A program made the position numbers and the translations under genes. This document shows, piece after piece, positions 49,328 to 59,931 of a stretch of 64,000 nt of DNA (positions are counted from its first letter, which is position 1; each line of letters begins with the position of its first letter). The notes under the pieces are model-generated. The model did no database searches and had not been told where the DNA came from. It was given only the letters and a program-made list of their open reading frames with translations. Source of the DNA: an uncultured delta proteobacterium (GTDB lineage: Bacteria > Desulfobacterota > Binatia > UBA9968); NCBI GenBank assembly GCA_963727625.1, contig CAVSHR010000004.1, positions 1,312,001-1,376,000 of the forward strand. The letters are read 5' to 3'.

Positions 49328-49699
49328 GTCGAGGACGTTCATCGAACGGTCGACGAACGAGAGGAGACACGGACTGTAAGGATCGCGATGGGAGATGTCG
49401 TTCAGGAGATTGCGCGGGGGAGCCGGAGTGTCCGAGAGTGTGGTGCTCAACAAGGGACGTGGTCGGCTTGGGAGCCCCGGCTCAGGGCCGAGGCGGCGTA
49501 TGTGGGGCGGGAACTGGGAGGAATTAGTTTGACGCAGGCTGCGCAGTATTTGGGGCGAGATCTGAGCACGATGTCGTTAGCGCTAACGCGTTTGGAGAAT
49601 GAGCTGGGAAGCGACGGCGAAAAGCGCAAGCGCCTGGACTCTCTTTGCGTCCGGCTGCGACAAGGGAGAAGGCGCAAATATCAAATAAGCAAAGCCTGA
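49328..49699 (+). pseudogene. C-terminal fragment of a REP-associated tyrosine transposase (RAYT) with DnaA-C-like HTH
   Basis: FVEDV...RAEAAYVGRELGGISLTQAAQYLGRDLSTMS...QISKA*; no HUH N-terminal domain. Confidence 0.55.
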
Positions 49700-50060
49700 C
49701 ACCTGGTCCCGATTAATTTTTCAGGACGCTGCGCGATCAATACGCAACGCCCGGAACAGTTATAACAAAGCCCAGCTGCGGTTGGTTAATGGAGAAAGCA
49801 GACTTTCGAGGTCGCGGGCATGAGGAATGCGGTTGGGTCGCGAATCATGTAGAAATCTAAGGCGCAATAACCGGCTAGATCGCGCTTACACCCGACCATC
49901 GATAGGATCGGCTCGCGCATGGGTGTGGGCGATGGATAAGGCGTGTGATCCCTCGAGCCGATTGAGCTCCACCTCGAGCACGAAATCGGTGTTGACCATC
50001 AAGCACCGGGGCCCGACAGAAATCGCCGGCGCCTACCGGATCCGCCAGGGGTACAGGAGG

Positions 50061-51473
50061 TCAGTCGACCTTCTTGAAATCAGCGATTTTGATTTCGTGC
50101 TTTTTCAGCAGGTCATAAAAGTCCGCTCGATATTTACCGGCCATTTCCGCAGCTCGAGCGGCTTTTCCGCCACATAGCTCCAAGACCCGAATGAGATAGT
50201 CGCGCTCGAATTCAGCGCGAGCCTGCTTCAAGGTTTTTTGCGAGTCGCGCGTTGGCAGGAGGTGGGACTGGTCCGACGCTCCGTTACCCGGGAAGCCGGA
50301 CGGCGTCTTGACCTGCAAAACCAGGTCATCCGTCACGACTTCTTTCTGGGTCATGGTGACGGCAAATTCCAAGGTGTTTTCCAACTCCCGCACATTGCCC
50401 GGCCAATCATGTTGCATCAACTTTTGCATCGCGGCGGGGGTCAGGCCGCTCACCGGTTTCTTCATCTGCCGAGAGATCTTCTTCAACAGATGTTCGACCA
50501 AATAGGGGATATCTTCGGCGCGCTCTTTCAGAGGCGGCAAAACGATCGGAATGACATGAATCCGATAAAATAGGTCCTCGCGAAAGCGATCCTGTCGCAC
50601 TTCTTCCACCAGGTTTTTCTTAGTCGCAACGACGATTCTAACGTCGACTTGAACCGGTTTTTCGCCGCCCACGGGATAAAACTGGCGTTCCTCAAGGGCG
50701 CGCAAGAGCTTAACTTGAATCGACAGGGGCATGTCGCCGATCTCGTCCAAAAATAGCGTCCCGCCATTGGCCTGGGTAAATAGCCCTTTGGTGCTTCGCA
50801 CGGCTCCGGTAAAGGCCCCCTTTTCATGTCCAAATAACTCGCTCTCGAGGAGATTCTCGGGAATTGCCGCGCAATTGATCGCGACAAAGGGTCCATCTTT
50901 GCGATTGCTCTGCAAATGGATCGCCTTGGCGATCAATTCTTTGCCCGTGCCGCTTTCGCCATGAATGTAAACCGTCGAGTCTGTCATTGCGATGCGTGTT
51001 ACGGCCTCGAGCACCCTCTGCATCTTCTCGCTCTTCGCGACGATGTTGGCGAAATCGTATTTCTCCTTGAGCATGCCCCTCAGCCGTTGATTTTCAAAAA
51101 CAAGCTTGCAGCTGTCCAGGGCCCGGCTCACCTGCAAGACCAGCTCATGGGGGTCGAAAGGTTTTGTCAGGTAGGTGTAAGCGCCGCGCGTCATCGCCTC
51201 GACCGCGCCTTCGACGCTGGCATGGCCGGTGAGAATGATGACCGGCATACCCGGCTGGAGCGCATGCAACCGCTCCATGAGTGTCATGCCATCCTGGTCG
51301 GCGAGGCGCAGGTCGACGATCGACAAATCGAATTCGCCGGTCTTGGCGATGCTCAATGCCTCCTCGCCATCCAAGGCAATGCTCACCGCGCAATTCGCAG
51401 CGCTCAGTTTTGCTTTGACAAGTTCGAGTAGATTTTGATCGTCGTCCACCACGAGAATGTTTGCCGTTGACAT
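50061..51473 (-). CDS. Sigma54-dependent response regulator (NtrC/GlrR-like)
   Basis: Receiver domain, GESGTGKE, GAFTGA, WPGNVRELEN, C-terminal HTH. Confidence 0.95.
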   Translation of the reverse strand: MSTANILVVDDDQNLLELVKAKLSAANCAVSIALDGEEALSIAKTGEFDLSIVDLRLADQDGMTLMERLHALQPGMPVIILTGHASVEGAVEAMTRGAYTYLTKPFDPHELVLQVSRALDSCKLVFENQRLRGMLKEKYDFANIVAKSEKMQRVLEAVTRIAMTDSTVYIHGESGTGKELIAKAIHLQSNRKDGPFVAINCAAIPENLLESELFGHEKGAFTGAVRSTKGLFTQANGGTLFLDEIGDMPLSIQVKLLRALEERQFYPVGGEKPVQVDVRIVVATKKNLVEEVRQDRFREDLFYRIHVIPIVLPPLKERAEDIPYLVEHLLKKISRQMKKPVSGLTPAAMQKLMQHDWPGNVRELENTLEFAVTMTQKEVVTDDLVLQVKTPSGFPGNGASDQSHLLPTRDSQKTLKQARAEFERDYLIRVLELCGGKAARAAEMAGKYRADFYDLLKKHEIKIADFKKVD

Positions 51474-51795
51474 GAGGTTTCCCTCTTTTTTCATCTCGAT
51501 TTGAGCCTTCCTCAGCTCTGGAAAAACGCTTGAAAACGGTCGGTCAGAGAAGCTGAATCCAATCGATCCGCATCGGCTTCAATCCGGATTAACGCCGCGT
51601 CCAGTGCGCGACCGATCGATGGTTTCCAACCGCGACAAACGAGAAATATTGTCCGCAAGACTTAGAACATCGCATTTTTCTCTGAATCAAGCCGCCGCGG
51701 GTGCAACCTTATCGGTAATGGAAGTCCACTAGCTGCGATGAATCGATTCGGGTCGAAATGGATATTGACGTTTCGTCTCTCATGGGCCTAGTTAA

Positions 51796-51810
51796 TCAAG
51801 CGTCATGCCA
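51796..51810 (-). promoter_or_regulatory. Sigma54-like promoter
   Basis: TGGCAT-GACGC-TTGA (imperfect -12). Confidence 0.4.
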
Positions 51811-51951
51811 ACCGCTAAAAACTTGGAAAATTAGCATTTCCCAACTCTTCTGTTCCGAAGAACCCAGCAATCCCGCCCCCAAGTGAAGGGTTTTCTGCAA
51901 CATGAAGGGAATTCCCTCCCGTCACGACAGTATTGATTGAAGTCGAACGTT

Positions 51952-54714
51952 TTAATGCAGCCCGATCACCGCCTGGGAATTTTCCGCTGGCGGCTCTATG
52001 GGCAACTGAACTATGAACGTTGTTCCGCAACCAGGCTTGCTTGCTACCTCAATTTTACCGCCATGTGATTTCACAATTCGGGCGCAAATGGGCAGCCCCA
52101 GACCCAAGCCGCGCCGTTTCTTCAAAGTAAAAAATGGTTGAAAAATCCTCGGCAAGACATCGGCGTCGATGCCGATACCGGTGTCGCCCACAGTAATGGC
52201 TAGCTGATTGATCGGATCGACGGCCGCCCTGAGTGTCAGAGTACCGCCCTTCGGCATGGCGTCCACGGCATTCAACGCCAGATTCAACAACACTTGCTGC
52301 ATCTGCTGCGCGTCCGCTTGGATCCGCGGCAGTTGATCGGGAATTTCGATAATCGTCTCCACCTGGTTTTTACCGGCGTGCGGCCGGACGAGATCCGCGG
52401 TCTTACGAACGATCTGTTCGATGTCGGTCGAGGCAAACTCGGCGTTCTTCGGACGGCCGAACTCCAGCAGCTCCTGCACCAGTTTTTCGCATCGATTCGC
52501 CTCTTCGACAATGATTTGAACATGGTGGTAATTAGGATCGGAAGGCGCCAGATTCGCCAACAACCCCTGCGCGAAGCCCAGGATAATACCCAGTGGATTG
52601 TTGAACTCATGCGCCATTGAAGCGGTCAGCTCTGCGACTGCGACCAACCGCCCGGACGCCAACAATTGCCGCTCCAATTCCTGTGCTTGATTGCGCAGAT
52701 GTTCTTCGCTTTCGCGCAGCGCCGTCTCCGCCCGCATACGTTCCAAAAATTGACCGATTTCGCCGCTGATGGACTGAATCATTTTCAGTAAATTTTCATC
52801 CGGGTCACGCCCCGCGCCGTCATAAAATTCCAAAACGCCAAGCACCTCGTTACGCATCTTGATCGGAAAGGCAAATCCCGTATGGGAGCTCTGGCTCTCG
52901 CTCAACGAACGCGGCATTGTTTCCACCGCTTTTCCCAGATCCGCCGTCCACTCCGGATGCTCCGTGCTCCATACGCGTCCCGGCAGCCCCCATCCGCGCG
53001 CCAACGCGGGGCGATCATCGTCCGGGATAGCGGTCCAGGCCGGATCATGCCAGGTCTCCGTGCATTCCAGCCGTTGAGAGTTTTTGTTGACCAACCAGAC
53101 AGCGCCGTAGATCCAGTTCCAGCCGCTGCCGATGGTCGCCAGAATCTTTGGCCATGCGGCTTGTCCCGTATCCGATTCTGCGAGCGCCGAGGTCACGGCG
53201 TGCTTCGCCGCGAGGCTGCGGGCGACACGCTTGCGCTCGCTGATATCACGGTTGCATTCCAAAATAATCCGGCTGCCGGTCCGATCGACAATCAATTTAA
53301 AGCGGCTCTCTACCTCGATGAGCTGGCCCGCTTTCGTCGTCTGGCTCAGTTCTCCGTTCCATTGCCCGGTCTCGATCAGCGTCGTTTTAAAACTCTCTCG
53401 GCCGCCGGGAAAATTCGTGGCAAGCAGCTCGTGGCTTATAAACCCGATAGCCTCATCGGCGGAGTAACCGTAAAGCTGCTCCGCGCCGCGATTCCAGTAA
53501 GTGATGCGGCCGTCAAGCTCGCGGGCGAAGATCGCTTCGTTGGCGAGATTTAAAAGATCGGCTTGCCTCTGGAGAAACTCTTCTTGTTTGCGCAGTTCGC
53601 CTTCGACGTGGTCTCGCTCGCTTTCGCGCTCTTGCAGGAGTTGACCCGCCCGTTCCATCTCACGGGCCAGCTCGTCGAGCTCGGCGATTGGGGAGGTCGC
53701 GGGAAATTCTAGAGAACGGCCACGCCCCAAAGCATGCGCTGCCGTCGAAAGCGCCGCGATCGGACGGGCCGCTTGCCGGGCAAAAACGACCGCGACTCCG
53801 AGGCCAAGCAGCAAAAGCAAAACGCCTCCTCCTCCCACTGTGGCCACTGAACCGTACAAAATCGCGTTTATCTCCGAGCTCGGCACCGTCAACGCGATAA
53901 ACCATCCTGAGCGCTGCGAGCGGCTGATTGCGGCGTAAGCGCTGACCCCATCTTCAGTTACGCCGCTCAGGAACTGCTCGCTGGCGAGCGTGTTCATTTT
54001 CGCGAGCAGCGGCGCCACCGGCTGGCCGATAAACTTTTTCGCTTCCTTGCTCCGGGCGATAATGATCCGCTTGGTATCGAACACCGTGCCGAGCCATTCC
54101 TGCGGCACTTTCTGCTTTGCCAGAATCTCTGTGAACACCCGCGGATCGAGGGCCGCCGTGAGGATGTAAATGATGGTGTTCTCCCGCACCACCGGAACGT
54201 GAATATTGATGCCGTCTTCATTGGACCCGGGGCTGGGATAATCGCTGATGACCGGGAGCCGGGTCCGCATCACGGCGTCAAGATTGTCGCGCTCTATCGC
54301 CGCGGATTCTTCAACCAGAGGCTTCGCGATGCTCATCAGGGCGCGTCCCGTCGGATCGAACAAGGTCAGTCTTTTCCAGCTATTCTGTGTGCGAAGAATG
54401 CGCGCAGCAGTCGCGCGGAAAACCTTCACCGCACCCACGTCGAGGGGCTCCGACGTTGCAAGCGCCTCCAGATTGGTAATCGAAGACTCAATTTCCTGAT
54501 CGATGGCGAGTGCCAACGCCCGGGTCGTATCTTCGAAACCGCGCCGTCGATTGGCCTGCTCCTGGCGCGCAAACAAGATCATTATGAAAATCGAAAACAC
54601 CAGTAATGGACCGACTGCGCCGATGATCAAACGAATCAAGAATGAATGCATCGACAGCCGGCGGCTGAACCAACTGTTCCGTTGTACTCGTGGAGACGCC
54701 ATTAGGATGCTCAA
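51952..54714 (-). CDS. Sensor histidine kinase (TM-Cache-TM-PAS-GAF-HisKA-HATPase)
   Basis: YWNRGAEQLYGY PAS, GLPGRVW GAF, AHEFNNPL, DTGIGI, GLGLGL. Confidence 0.93.
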   Translation of the reverse strand: MSILMASPRVQRNSWFSRRLSMHSFLIRLIIGAVGPLLVFSIFIMILFARQEQANRRRGFEDTTRALALAIDQEIESSITNLEALATSEPLDVGAVKVFRATAARILRTQNSWKRLTLFDPTGRALMSIAKPLVEESAAIERDNLDAVMRTRLPVISDYPSPGSNEDGINIHVPVVRENTIIYILTAALDPRVFTEILAKQKVPQEWLGTVFDTKRIIIARSKEAKKFIGQPVAPLLAKMNTLASEQFLSGVTEDGVSAYAAISRSQRSGWFIALTVPSSEINAILYGSVATVGGGGVLLLLLGLGVAVVFARQAARPIAALSTAAHALGRGRSLEFPATSPIAELDELAREMERAGQLLQERESERDHVEGELRKQEEFLQRQADLLNLANEAIFARELDGRITYWNRGAEQLYGYSADEAIGFISHELLATNFPGGRESFKTTLIETGQWNGELSQTTKAGQLIEVESRFKLIVDRTGSRIILECNRDISERKRVARSLAAKHAVTSALAESDTGQAAWPKILATIGSGWNWIYGAVWLVNKNSQRLECTETWHDPAWTAIPDDDRPALARGWGLPGRVWSTEHPEWTADLGKAVETMPRSLSESQSSHTGFAFPIKMRNEVLGVLEFYDGAGRDPDENLLKMIQSISGEIGQFLERMRAETALRESEEHLRNQAQELERQLLASGRLVAVAELTASMAHEFNNPLGIILGFAQGLLANLAPSDPNYHHVQIIVEEANRCEKLVQELLEFGRPKNAEFASTDIEQIVRKTADLVRPHAGKNQVETIIEIPDQLPRIQADAQQMQQVLLNLALNAVDAMPKGGTLTLRAAVDPINQLAITVGDTGIGIDADVLPRIFQPFFTLKKRRGLGLGLPICARIVKSHGGKIEVASKPGCGTTFIVQLPIEPPAENSQAVIGLH

Positions 54715-54764
54715 TTCATCGAGCGACCGGAGTGACTCTCATCACAGCAAAATCTCAGCGCCAT

Positions 54765-55196
54765 TCAGAGAACGAGCCTGATCGCTTCGGCCAGCTCCGG
54801 CAAATCCACCGGTTTGGTCAGGTAACGAACCGCTCCCTTGTCGAAGGCAAGCTTGATCGAAGCTACCGTCGGATATGCCGTCATCATGATCACCTTGATT
54901 TCAGGCGCGCATTGAATCAATTGCTCGAGCAAATCGATGCCGTCCACGTTGCCGAGGCGGACGTCCAGTAAAGCTACTTTGAAAGATTGGCGATCGAGCA
55001 GAGCCAGCGCTTCGTCGGCGCTCGACGCCGTGGCGACAGCGTAACCTCGTTGGCTGAGAAACCAGCGTAGCAGCGTCAGAAAGTTAATTTCGTCGTCAAC
55101 CACTAGAACCGACTCGCGGGCGGCCTCACGTGTGAGATCATTCCGGGTGTCGGCTGTCGCGCGAGAGCACGGCGGTTGGCAATTGATTTTATCCAT
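54765..55196 (-). CDS. Single-domain response regulator
   Basis: VLVVDDE, LLDVRL, MTAY, YLTKP; start uncertain. Confidence 0.85.
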   Translation of the reverse strand: MDKINCQPPCSRATADTRNDLTREAARESVLVVDDEINFLTLLRWFLSQRGYAVATASSADEALALLDRQSFKVALLDVRLGNVDGIDLLEQLIQCAPEIKVIMMTAYPTVASIKLAFDKGAVRYLTKPVDLPELAEAIRLVL

Positions 55197-55661
55197 TTCC
55201 TCTGCGGCATCGCGGCCTGCACACGACCGGTCAGGTAGAGGCCTCCTGTTAGCGCGGAACGCCGGCCCTGGCCTGGTTTGCACCTCCGCTCAAGACTCTA
55301 TGGGAATCGAGCATTTCGGAACCACGACGCTCCCGGGACCCGATCCCGGGGAGCATTTCACTGAAGCTCGATCTCATTTGCAGCTCGAAATAATTCATCC
55401 AGTGGGCGAGAACCTTTTCCCGCATCGTAAGTCTAATTTGAGTATAGTCTGAACGAGCTCAACGCTGGTTCAGACGCGTCGATAAATTTGCCGGTAGACA
55501 GTGTCATGGTTCCGAATCTTAACCGATGCCATTGACGACCAATTGAGAGCGGCAGCCATGCGCTTGATAACTGAACTGCCACTTTGCCGCACTATCAGCT
55601 CAGAGGTGAGAAATTCTCTTCTGGCTTCAAATGCGCTGCGTCATTCAACTTGGGATCAAAA

Positions 55662-55676
55662 GCACTTCTTGTACCA
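55662..55676 (-). promoter_or_regulatory. Sigma54-like promoter
   Basis: TGGTAC-AAGAA-GTGC (GG-N10-GC). Confidence 0.4.
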
Positions 55677-55842
55677 ACCGGAGAATCGCCAATTGTTTAG
55701 TTAATACAGCGACTTTGAAGATCGTGTACGACACATCAAACTAGCGGTGAAGGGAATTTCCTCTTTTATGAGACGATTTTTACCGACAGTCCAAGTTTCG
55801 AGACCGCGAACGGAGCCGGCCATTTTTTAAGCCTCGCAGAAG

Positions 55843-56271
55843 TTACTTAGATAGCAGGCCGAAGGATTGGTAGGGTGGGCAACTCGCGAGATATTCCAAA
55901 ATCGCGAGCAGCTGGGATGCCTTCGACTTCCGACTTTTCTGATCGGTCCGGGCGCCATCGAGGGTCTCGGCCGAAGTTGGCATATTTTCAGCCTTTGTCG
56001 CCGATGTTCCCGCAAATCTCACGGCATTCGAGCGCCACGGCCGCGGCCACCGAGGCCTCGGTTGCCTCATGCGCTTCTGCCCGCGGAATTTGGCCATTTT
56101 GCCGTAGCCGGATCCGCCTGGTTTGTTGCCGCCTTCATGAAATTTATGGACTGTAGCCCAGGCGCGGGCTGCAGCCGTTGCCTCGCTGAGGCCGCGCAGT
56201 TTGTAGCCTTTCTCGATATGCCTAGCCTGGCGCTTTTGCTTGTCTGAGTACTTGGATTTATCCCTTGGCAT
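55843..56271 (-). CDS. Small basic hypothetical protein (KQKRQA..IE..Y...AWATV family)
   Basis: MPRDKSKYSDKQKRQARHIEKGY...ARAWATVHK N-terminus recognisable; C-terminus uncertain. Confidence 0.55.
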   Translation of the reverse strand: MPRDKSKYSDKQKRQARHIEKGYKLRGLSEATAAARAWATVHKFHEGGNKPGGSGYGKMAKFRGQKRMRQPRPRWPRPWRSNAVRFAGTSATKAENMPTSAETLDGARTDQKSRKSKASQLLAILEYLASCPPYQSFGLLSK

Positions 56272-56334
56272 AGGCACTCCAAACCAGCGCGGCCCTCCAG
56301 CCGCGACGACCGGCGGCATCGCGCATGAGATCGC

Positions 56335-56955
56335 TTACGCGGCCACGTCAATTTGATTGTCGACTCGCTTCACCCCTTCGGTCGCCCGCGCCAATCGTTC
56401 GGCCTCGCTTTTTTGCGCGCGGTCTTTCACTTTGCCGCGCAAGGTTACGTTGCTGTTCACCACATCGACGTCGATCGTGCGCTCTTGGGTCTTCGTGCTG
56501 GCGATCAACTGGGCGACGATCTTACTGTGAATCCATGCGTCCTCAAGCCGGTTGCCGACCTTTTCGCCGAATTCTTTGGCCTTCCGCCATTCTTCCTTGG
56601 CCATCTCCTCCGTGAACTCCTGTCGCGACACATCGGTCGGCCGCACGGTAATGCGATCGTCGATCGTCAAGTCAGTCTGCGCGCTTCGGGCGAGTTCAAG
56701 CGCTTTGGCGCGCAGCGATTCGGATGGAACCGTGCCAGACAGCGTGGCGCGCTTGGCCTGCTCGTCGACATCGACGCTCAAATGGGCGGCGCTCAGCTGT
56801 TCATCAGCGTCGAGACGGGCTTTGATCAGGTGCTCGATATTTGCCGACGATCTTTCCTCGCTCGCGCGCATTTGATTTTCATCCGGCTTCTCGCAACCCA
56901 GAAAAGCGGGGCTCACCGCGAGCACCCCAACCAGTGCCCAAGCAAATGTCTTCAT
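56335..56955 (-). CDS. Dual BON-domain lipoprotein (OsmY-like)
   Basis: Lipobox FLGC; ATLSGTV and VTLRGKV...EGVKRVDNQI BON motifs. Confidence 0.88.
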   Translation of the reverse strand: MKTFAWALVGVLAVSPAFLGCEKPDENQMRASEERSSANIEHLIKARLDADEQLSAAHLSVDVDEQAKRATLSGTVPSESLRAKALELARSAQTDLTIDDRITVRPTDVSRQEFTEEMAKEEWRKAKEFGEKVGNRLEDAWIHSKIVAQLIASTKTQERTIDVDVVNSNVTLRGKVKDRAQKSEAERLARATEGVKRVDNQIDVAA

Positions 56956-57057
56956 ACGTCCTCCTTTGTAACGTTGCCGGACACAGGAAAACTTGCCTCC
57001 CGCAATCCTCATCAAACCGGCAGGCATCGATGAAGCTGCCGCTCGTGCAACCATCTG

Positions 57058-57405
57058 CTAGCGCGGCGATTCATCGCGTAGACGCTGATTCTCCCGTCTC
57101 AGTCGCTCGAGCTCGTCGGCATTGCGATCGATCTGTCGCTGCTGTTCATTCTGGGTTTGCTCTTGGCCCATGAGCTGGTCCCCGATCAGCGCGCCGGCGA
57201 GGAGCCCCACCGGGCCGCCGATCAATGCGCCGACGGCGGCATGTCCGACCGTGCTGCCGATAATCGCCCCGCTTCCGGCTCCCAGTCCGGCGCCGATCAG
57301 TCCGCCCTGCTCCCGGGTCGTGAGCGGCGAGCTGCATGACGTTGCCAATAAGCCTGCGAACGCGCAGACTGCGCTCCATTTACTTATTTGCTTGATCGCA
57401 ATCAT
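57058..57405 (-). CDS. Glycine-zipper lipoprotein
   Basis: ATSC lipobox, GGLIGAGLGAGSGAIIG...GALIGG, coiled-coil tail. Confidence 0.85.
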   Translation of the reverse strand: MIAIKQISKWSAVCAFAGLLATSCSSPLTTREQGGLIGAGLGAGSGAIIGSTVGHAAVGALIGGPVGLLAGALIGDQLMGQEQTQNEQQRQIDRNADELERLRRENQRLRDESPR

Positions 57406-57560
57406 ATTTAACCTCCTCGCGTTTTAAACCTTGGGGCCTTTTCGCTCCAAGCGACCGCCGACCCCGACCGGATCGATTGATAAAATTTTTGTGCGTACGT
57501 CGCGCGTATCTGAATCGTTCGACCATCGCCGCCGGACGCCGACAATCCGTCGCCCACCGC

Positions 57561-57728
57561 TCAATGCCAGCGATTCGAGCCCCGTGTGGAACCCAGCAGA
57601 TCGGACAGGATGTAAGCGACCAGGATGTGCGGATGTTTCTCCTCGCGTTCGTCAAGCGCTTCAACCTCTCCGGTCAGTGCAGCGATTAGATCCCCTAGAG
57701 TCGTCTCGACGGTTTCATTGTTAGCCAT
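57561..57728 (-). CDS. 55-aa small protein (below ORF-track cutoff)
   Basis: MANNETVETTLGDLIAALTGEVEALDEREEKHPHILVAYILSDLLGSTRGSNRWH*, with GGAGG RBS and an upstream sigma54 consensus. Confidence 0.65.
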   Translation of the reverse strand: MANNETVETTLGDLIAALTGEVEALDEREEKHPHILVAYILSDLLGSTRGSNRWH

Positions 57729-57790
57729 GACATTTTCCTCCAGGCATCTTGAGGCCGCGCCTGCCCTCTTCGTGCTGATACGTTAGCAGC

Positions 57791-57805
57791 GCAAGTCCTG
57801 TGCCA
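57791..57805 (-). promoter_or_regulatory. Sigma54 promoter
   Basis: Perfect TGGCAC-AGGAC-TTGC. Confidence 0.75.
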
Positions 57806-57923
57806 CTCCTAAAGGCTTCCGAGACGGTCAACGCAGTTAACTATTTTATTCAGCGAAAATTCGGTGTCGCGCTTCTGTCTGCGAATTTCAGATAGCATGA
57901 TGGCAATGCGCCGATCATCACTG

Positions 57924-58223
57924 CTACCCGGCTGCCACCGGAACCGCGCCGTTATTCTCTTGGCGCGAAACGGCGATGGTATCGTAACCGGGGTCCTCGT
58001 CGACCGCTTCGCTGAACTCGCGCGGATCAAGCCAAAGCTTATTGCCGTCAATACCTCCGCCCGGATAACGGTTATCGAACTGCACTAACCAGTTATTCTG
58101 ACCGCGCTGCTCGAAGCGGACAAGCTGTCCGACCTCGCCGCCGCGCAGCCAATGCTGCTGCGATACTTTTACGTGAACCCCGATGGTGGTTTTTGCTTCG
58201 CATCTGACACCTCCCGCAACCAA
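57924..58223 (-). CDS. Small hypothetical beta-rich protein
   Basis: VKVSQQHWLRGGEVG...WLVQF...GGGIDGNKLWL; start uncertain; sigma54-like motif upstream. Confidence 0.5.
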   Translation of the reverse strand: MVAGGVRCEAKTTIGVHVKVSQQHWLRGGEVGQLVRFEQRGQNNWLVQFDNRYPGGGIDGNKLWLDPREFSEAVDEDPGYDTIAVSRQENNGAVPVAAG

Positions 58224-58263
58224 CGCCTGCTTGGGCTCGCGCTGGTCTTAAATAGACATAGGC

Positions 58264-58278
58264 GCAAACCGCGTGCCC
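58264..58278 (-). promoter_or_regulatory. Sigma54-like promoter
   Basis: GGGCAC-GCGGT-TTGC. Confidence 0.55.
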
Positions 58279-58575
58279 ATGGATTCATTGGCGGATCCAA
58301 GTGAAATTTCGTGCGTTTTGGGGATTGGTGGAATTTATCAGCGTCTATTTGCTAGAGATTTTCCTACAGAAAATTCTGGCTTACCCGAAAGCATGGCTCC
58401 ACCGCTTGCGTGGGGTTTTTCTGAATCGACCGCCACATCGCCGGCACAACCCAATGGCCGCTGAATTCATGGGTGAGTGAATAGACACTATCTTCAAAGG
58501 TCGAGCGCGCCAGTCCCCCGCCGCGCGCTGCAATGCAACCGTATGCCCGCGCCCATCGATGCTCGCACCGCCAGG

Positions 58576-58962
58576 CTACGCCGCTCTCCGGCGGCGGCGC
58601 GTTTGGGCCGAAACCCGCTCCACCAGTTCGCTGCCCTCGAACGGCTTGGGGAGAACTTCGGCGTGATGTAGTTTGGTTTCCTCGGCGAGCTCCGCCCGGT
58701 AACGCCCCGGGTCGCCGGTCATGTAGATTGTTTTTATATTTACGTCCTTGCTGCGAATGCGCGTCATGAGATCCAATCCGTTTTCGTCGCCAATACCGAT
58801 ATCCGTAATGATGAGATGGGGTTTGAAACTCGCAAAGGCTCGATAGGCCTCGACGGCACTATTGGCGGTTCGGACAACATAACCTGCAGCCCGAAGGCGC
58901 GCTTCGATCAGCAGGGCGAGGTTAGCGTCGTCATCGACGATCAGGATTTTGATTTTTTTCAT
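58576..58962 (-). CDS. Single-domain response regulator
   Basis: ILIVDDD, IITDI, YMTG, LPKPF. Confidence 0.88.
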   Translation of the reverse strand: MKKIKILIVDDDANLALLIEARLRAAGYVVRTANSAVEAYRAFASFKPHLIITDIGIGDENGLDLMTRIRSKDVNIKTIYMTGDPGRYRAELAEETKLHHAEVLPKPFEGSELVERVSAQTRRRRRAA

Positions 58963-59007
58963 TGCATATCCTCCGCTGCCGGGTGAGCGCGCCCATAGGC
59001 GTAACTG

Positions 59008-59022
59008 GCAAACTGCATACCA
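59008..59022 (-). promoter_or_regulatory. Sigma54-like promoter
   Basis: TGGTAT-GCAGT-TTGC, 45 bp upstream of the receiver gene. Confidence 0.55.
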
Positions 59023-59292
59023 ACCTGCCCGCTTTGGGTAAACGGGCGATTTTCAACGGCGGAAGAAAACATAGATCCGACCGCCAGGTCGATAGTGGAG
59101 GAAATCCGCTGGTTGAATTGTCTGGCAAAACGGATTGCTGCCGACTTCTCGAGGAATGCTCTTATGCGGGTTTGCGCGGTCAATCGGGAAGACTTCGAAC
59201 GCCCTGAGAACGGAAGAGCCTTGCCACCGCCGATAAGGACGCGCGTGATTTGCAGGTACAGCAACTCCCGCGACCTTGGCGGGATCACTCTT

Positions 59293-59836
59293 TTAAATCT
59301 CGCAGAAGAAGCATGAACCCAGGGCCTCGACCTTCTTTGGGTAAGAACTCGGATCGAGAAACCAAAGCGCCGCAGCGGCGCTGCTCAAAAGCGAGTTGCC
59401 GTCTTGGGGCGTGAAACCGGTGCCGATCACCTCGCGTTTTCCGCGGAGCGCGAGACTTTGCCGCACCATCACCGTCTGATTGAATATGCGACCGAACATC
59501 CCCTGGTTGCGTCCTAAGGAAAACACCGACGCCGAGGACTGCTTGTGGGTCAGCGCGATTCTAGGGTTGGATTTGAGCCTGTGGACGACCTCCTCTAGAG
59601 TCGTCGGCTGTTGGAACGTCAGGCCAAAGTTGAATTTCCCCCGATTTTTTATCGACGCAAAGGCTCGCTCCCCGGCGGGCCAGCGCTAAAATCCTGGATC
59701 GGTCGTTCGACAACGGCGAGCGTTCATGAAATGTGATTTCATCGATCTCGAAAGGCGCGTGAAAATTCAGCAACAGGCCGATCAACGGCTCACCGATGGT
59801 CCCCGTACCGATCACATGAACGATGTTTTTCCGCAT
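59293..59836 (-). pseudogene. Type II (archaeal-like) GAPDH-related oxidoreductase, internally deleted
   Basis: Rossmann N-terminus VHVIGTGTIGEPL joined out of frame near 59640 to a C-terminus ...LKSNPRIALTHKQSSASVFSLGR...FTPQDGNSLLSS... Confidence 0.55.
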
Positions 59837-59931
59837 CCATCGCCCCCAGTTTCAGTTCCCGGTCGAGCCACGGAACTGCCGACGTCCATGCCCGAGCCGA
59901 CCCCGTCCGCGGGCGCTTTTCGATTGGATAC

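Noticed and set aside
48962-49453. 163-aa ORF as a real gene
   Set aside because: It is a chimera of antisense RAYT sequence, the 52-bp repeat, the integrase relic and the att arm.
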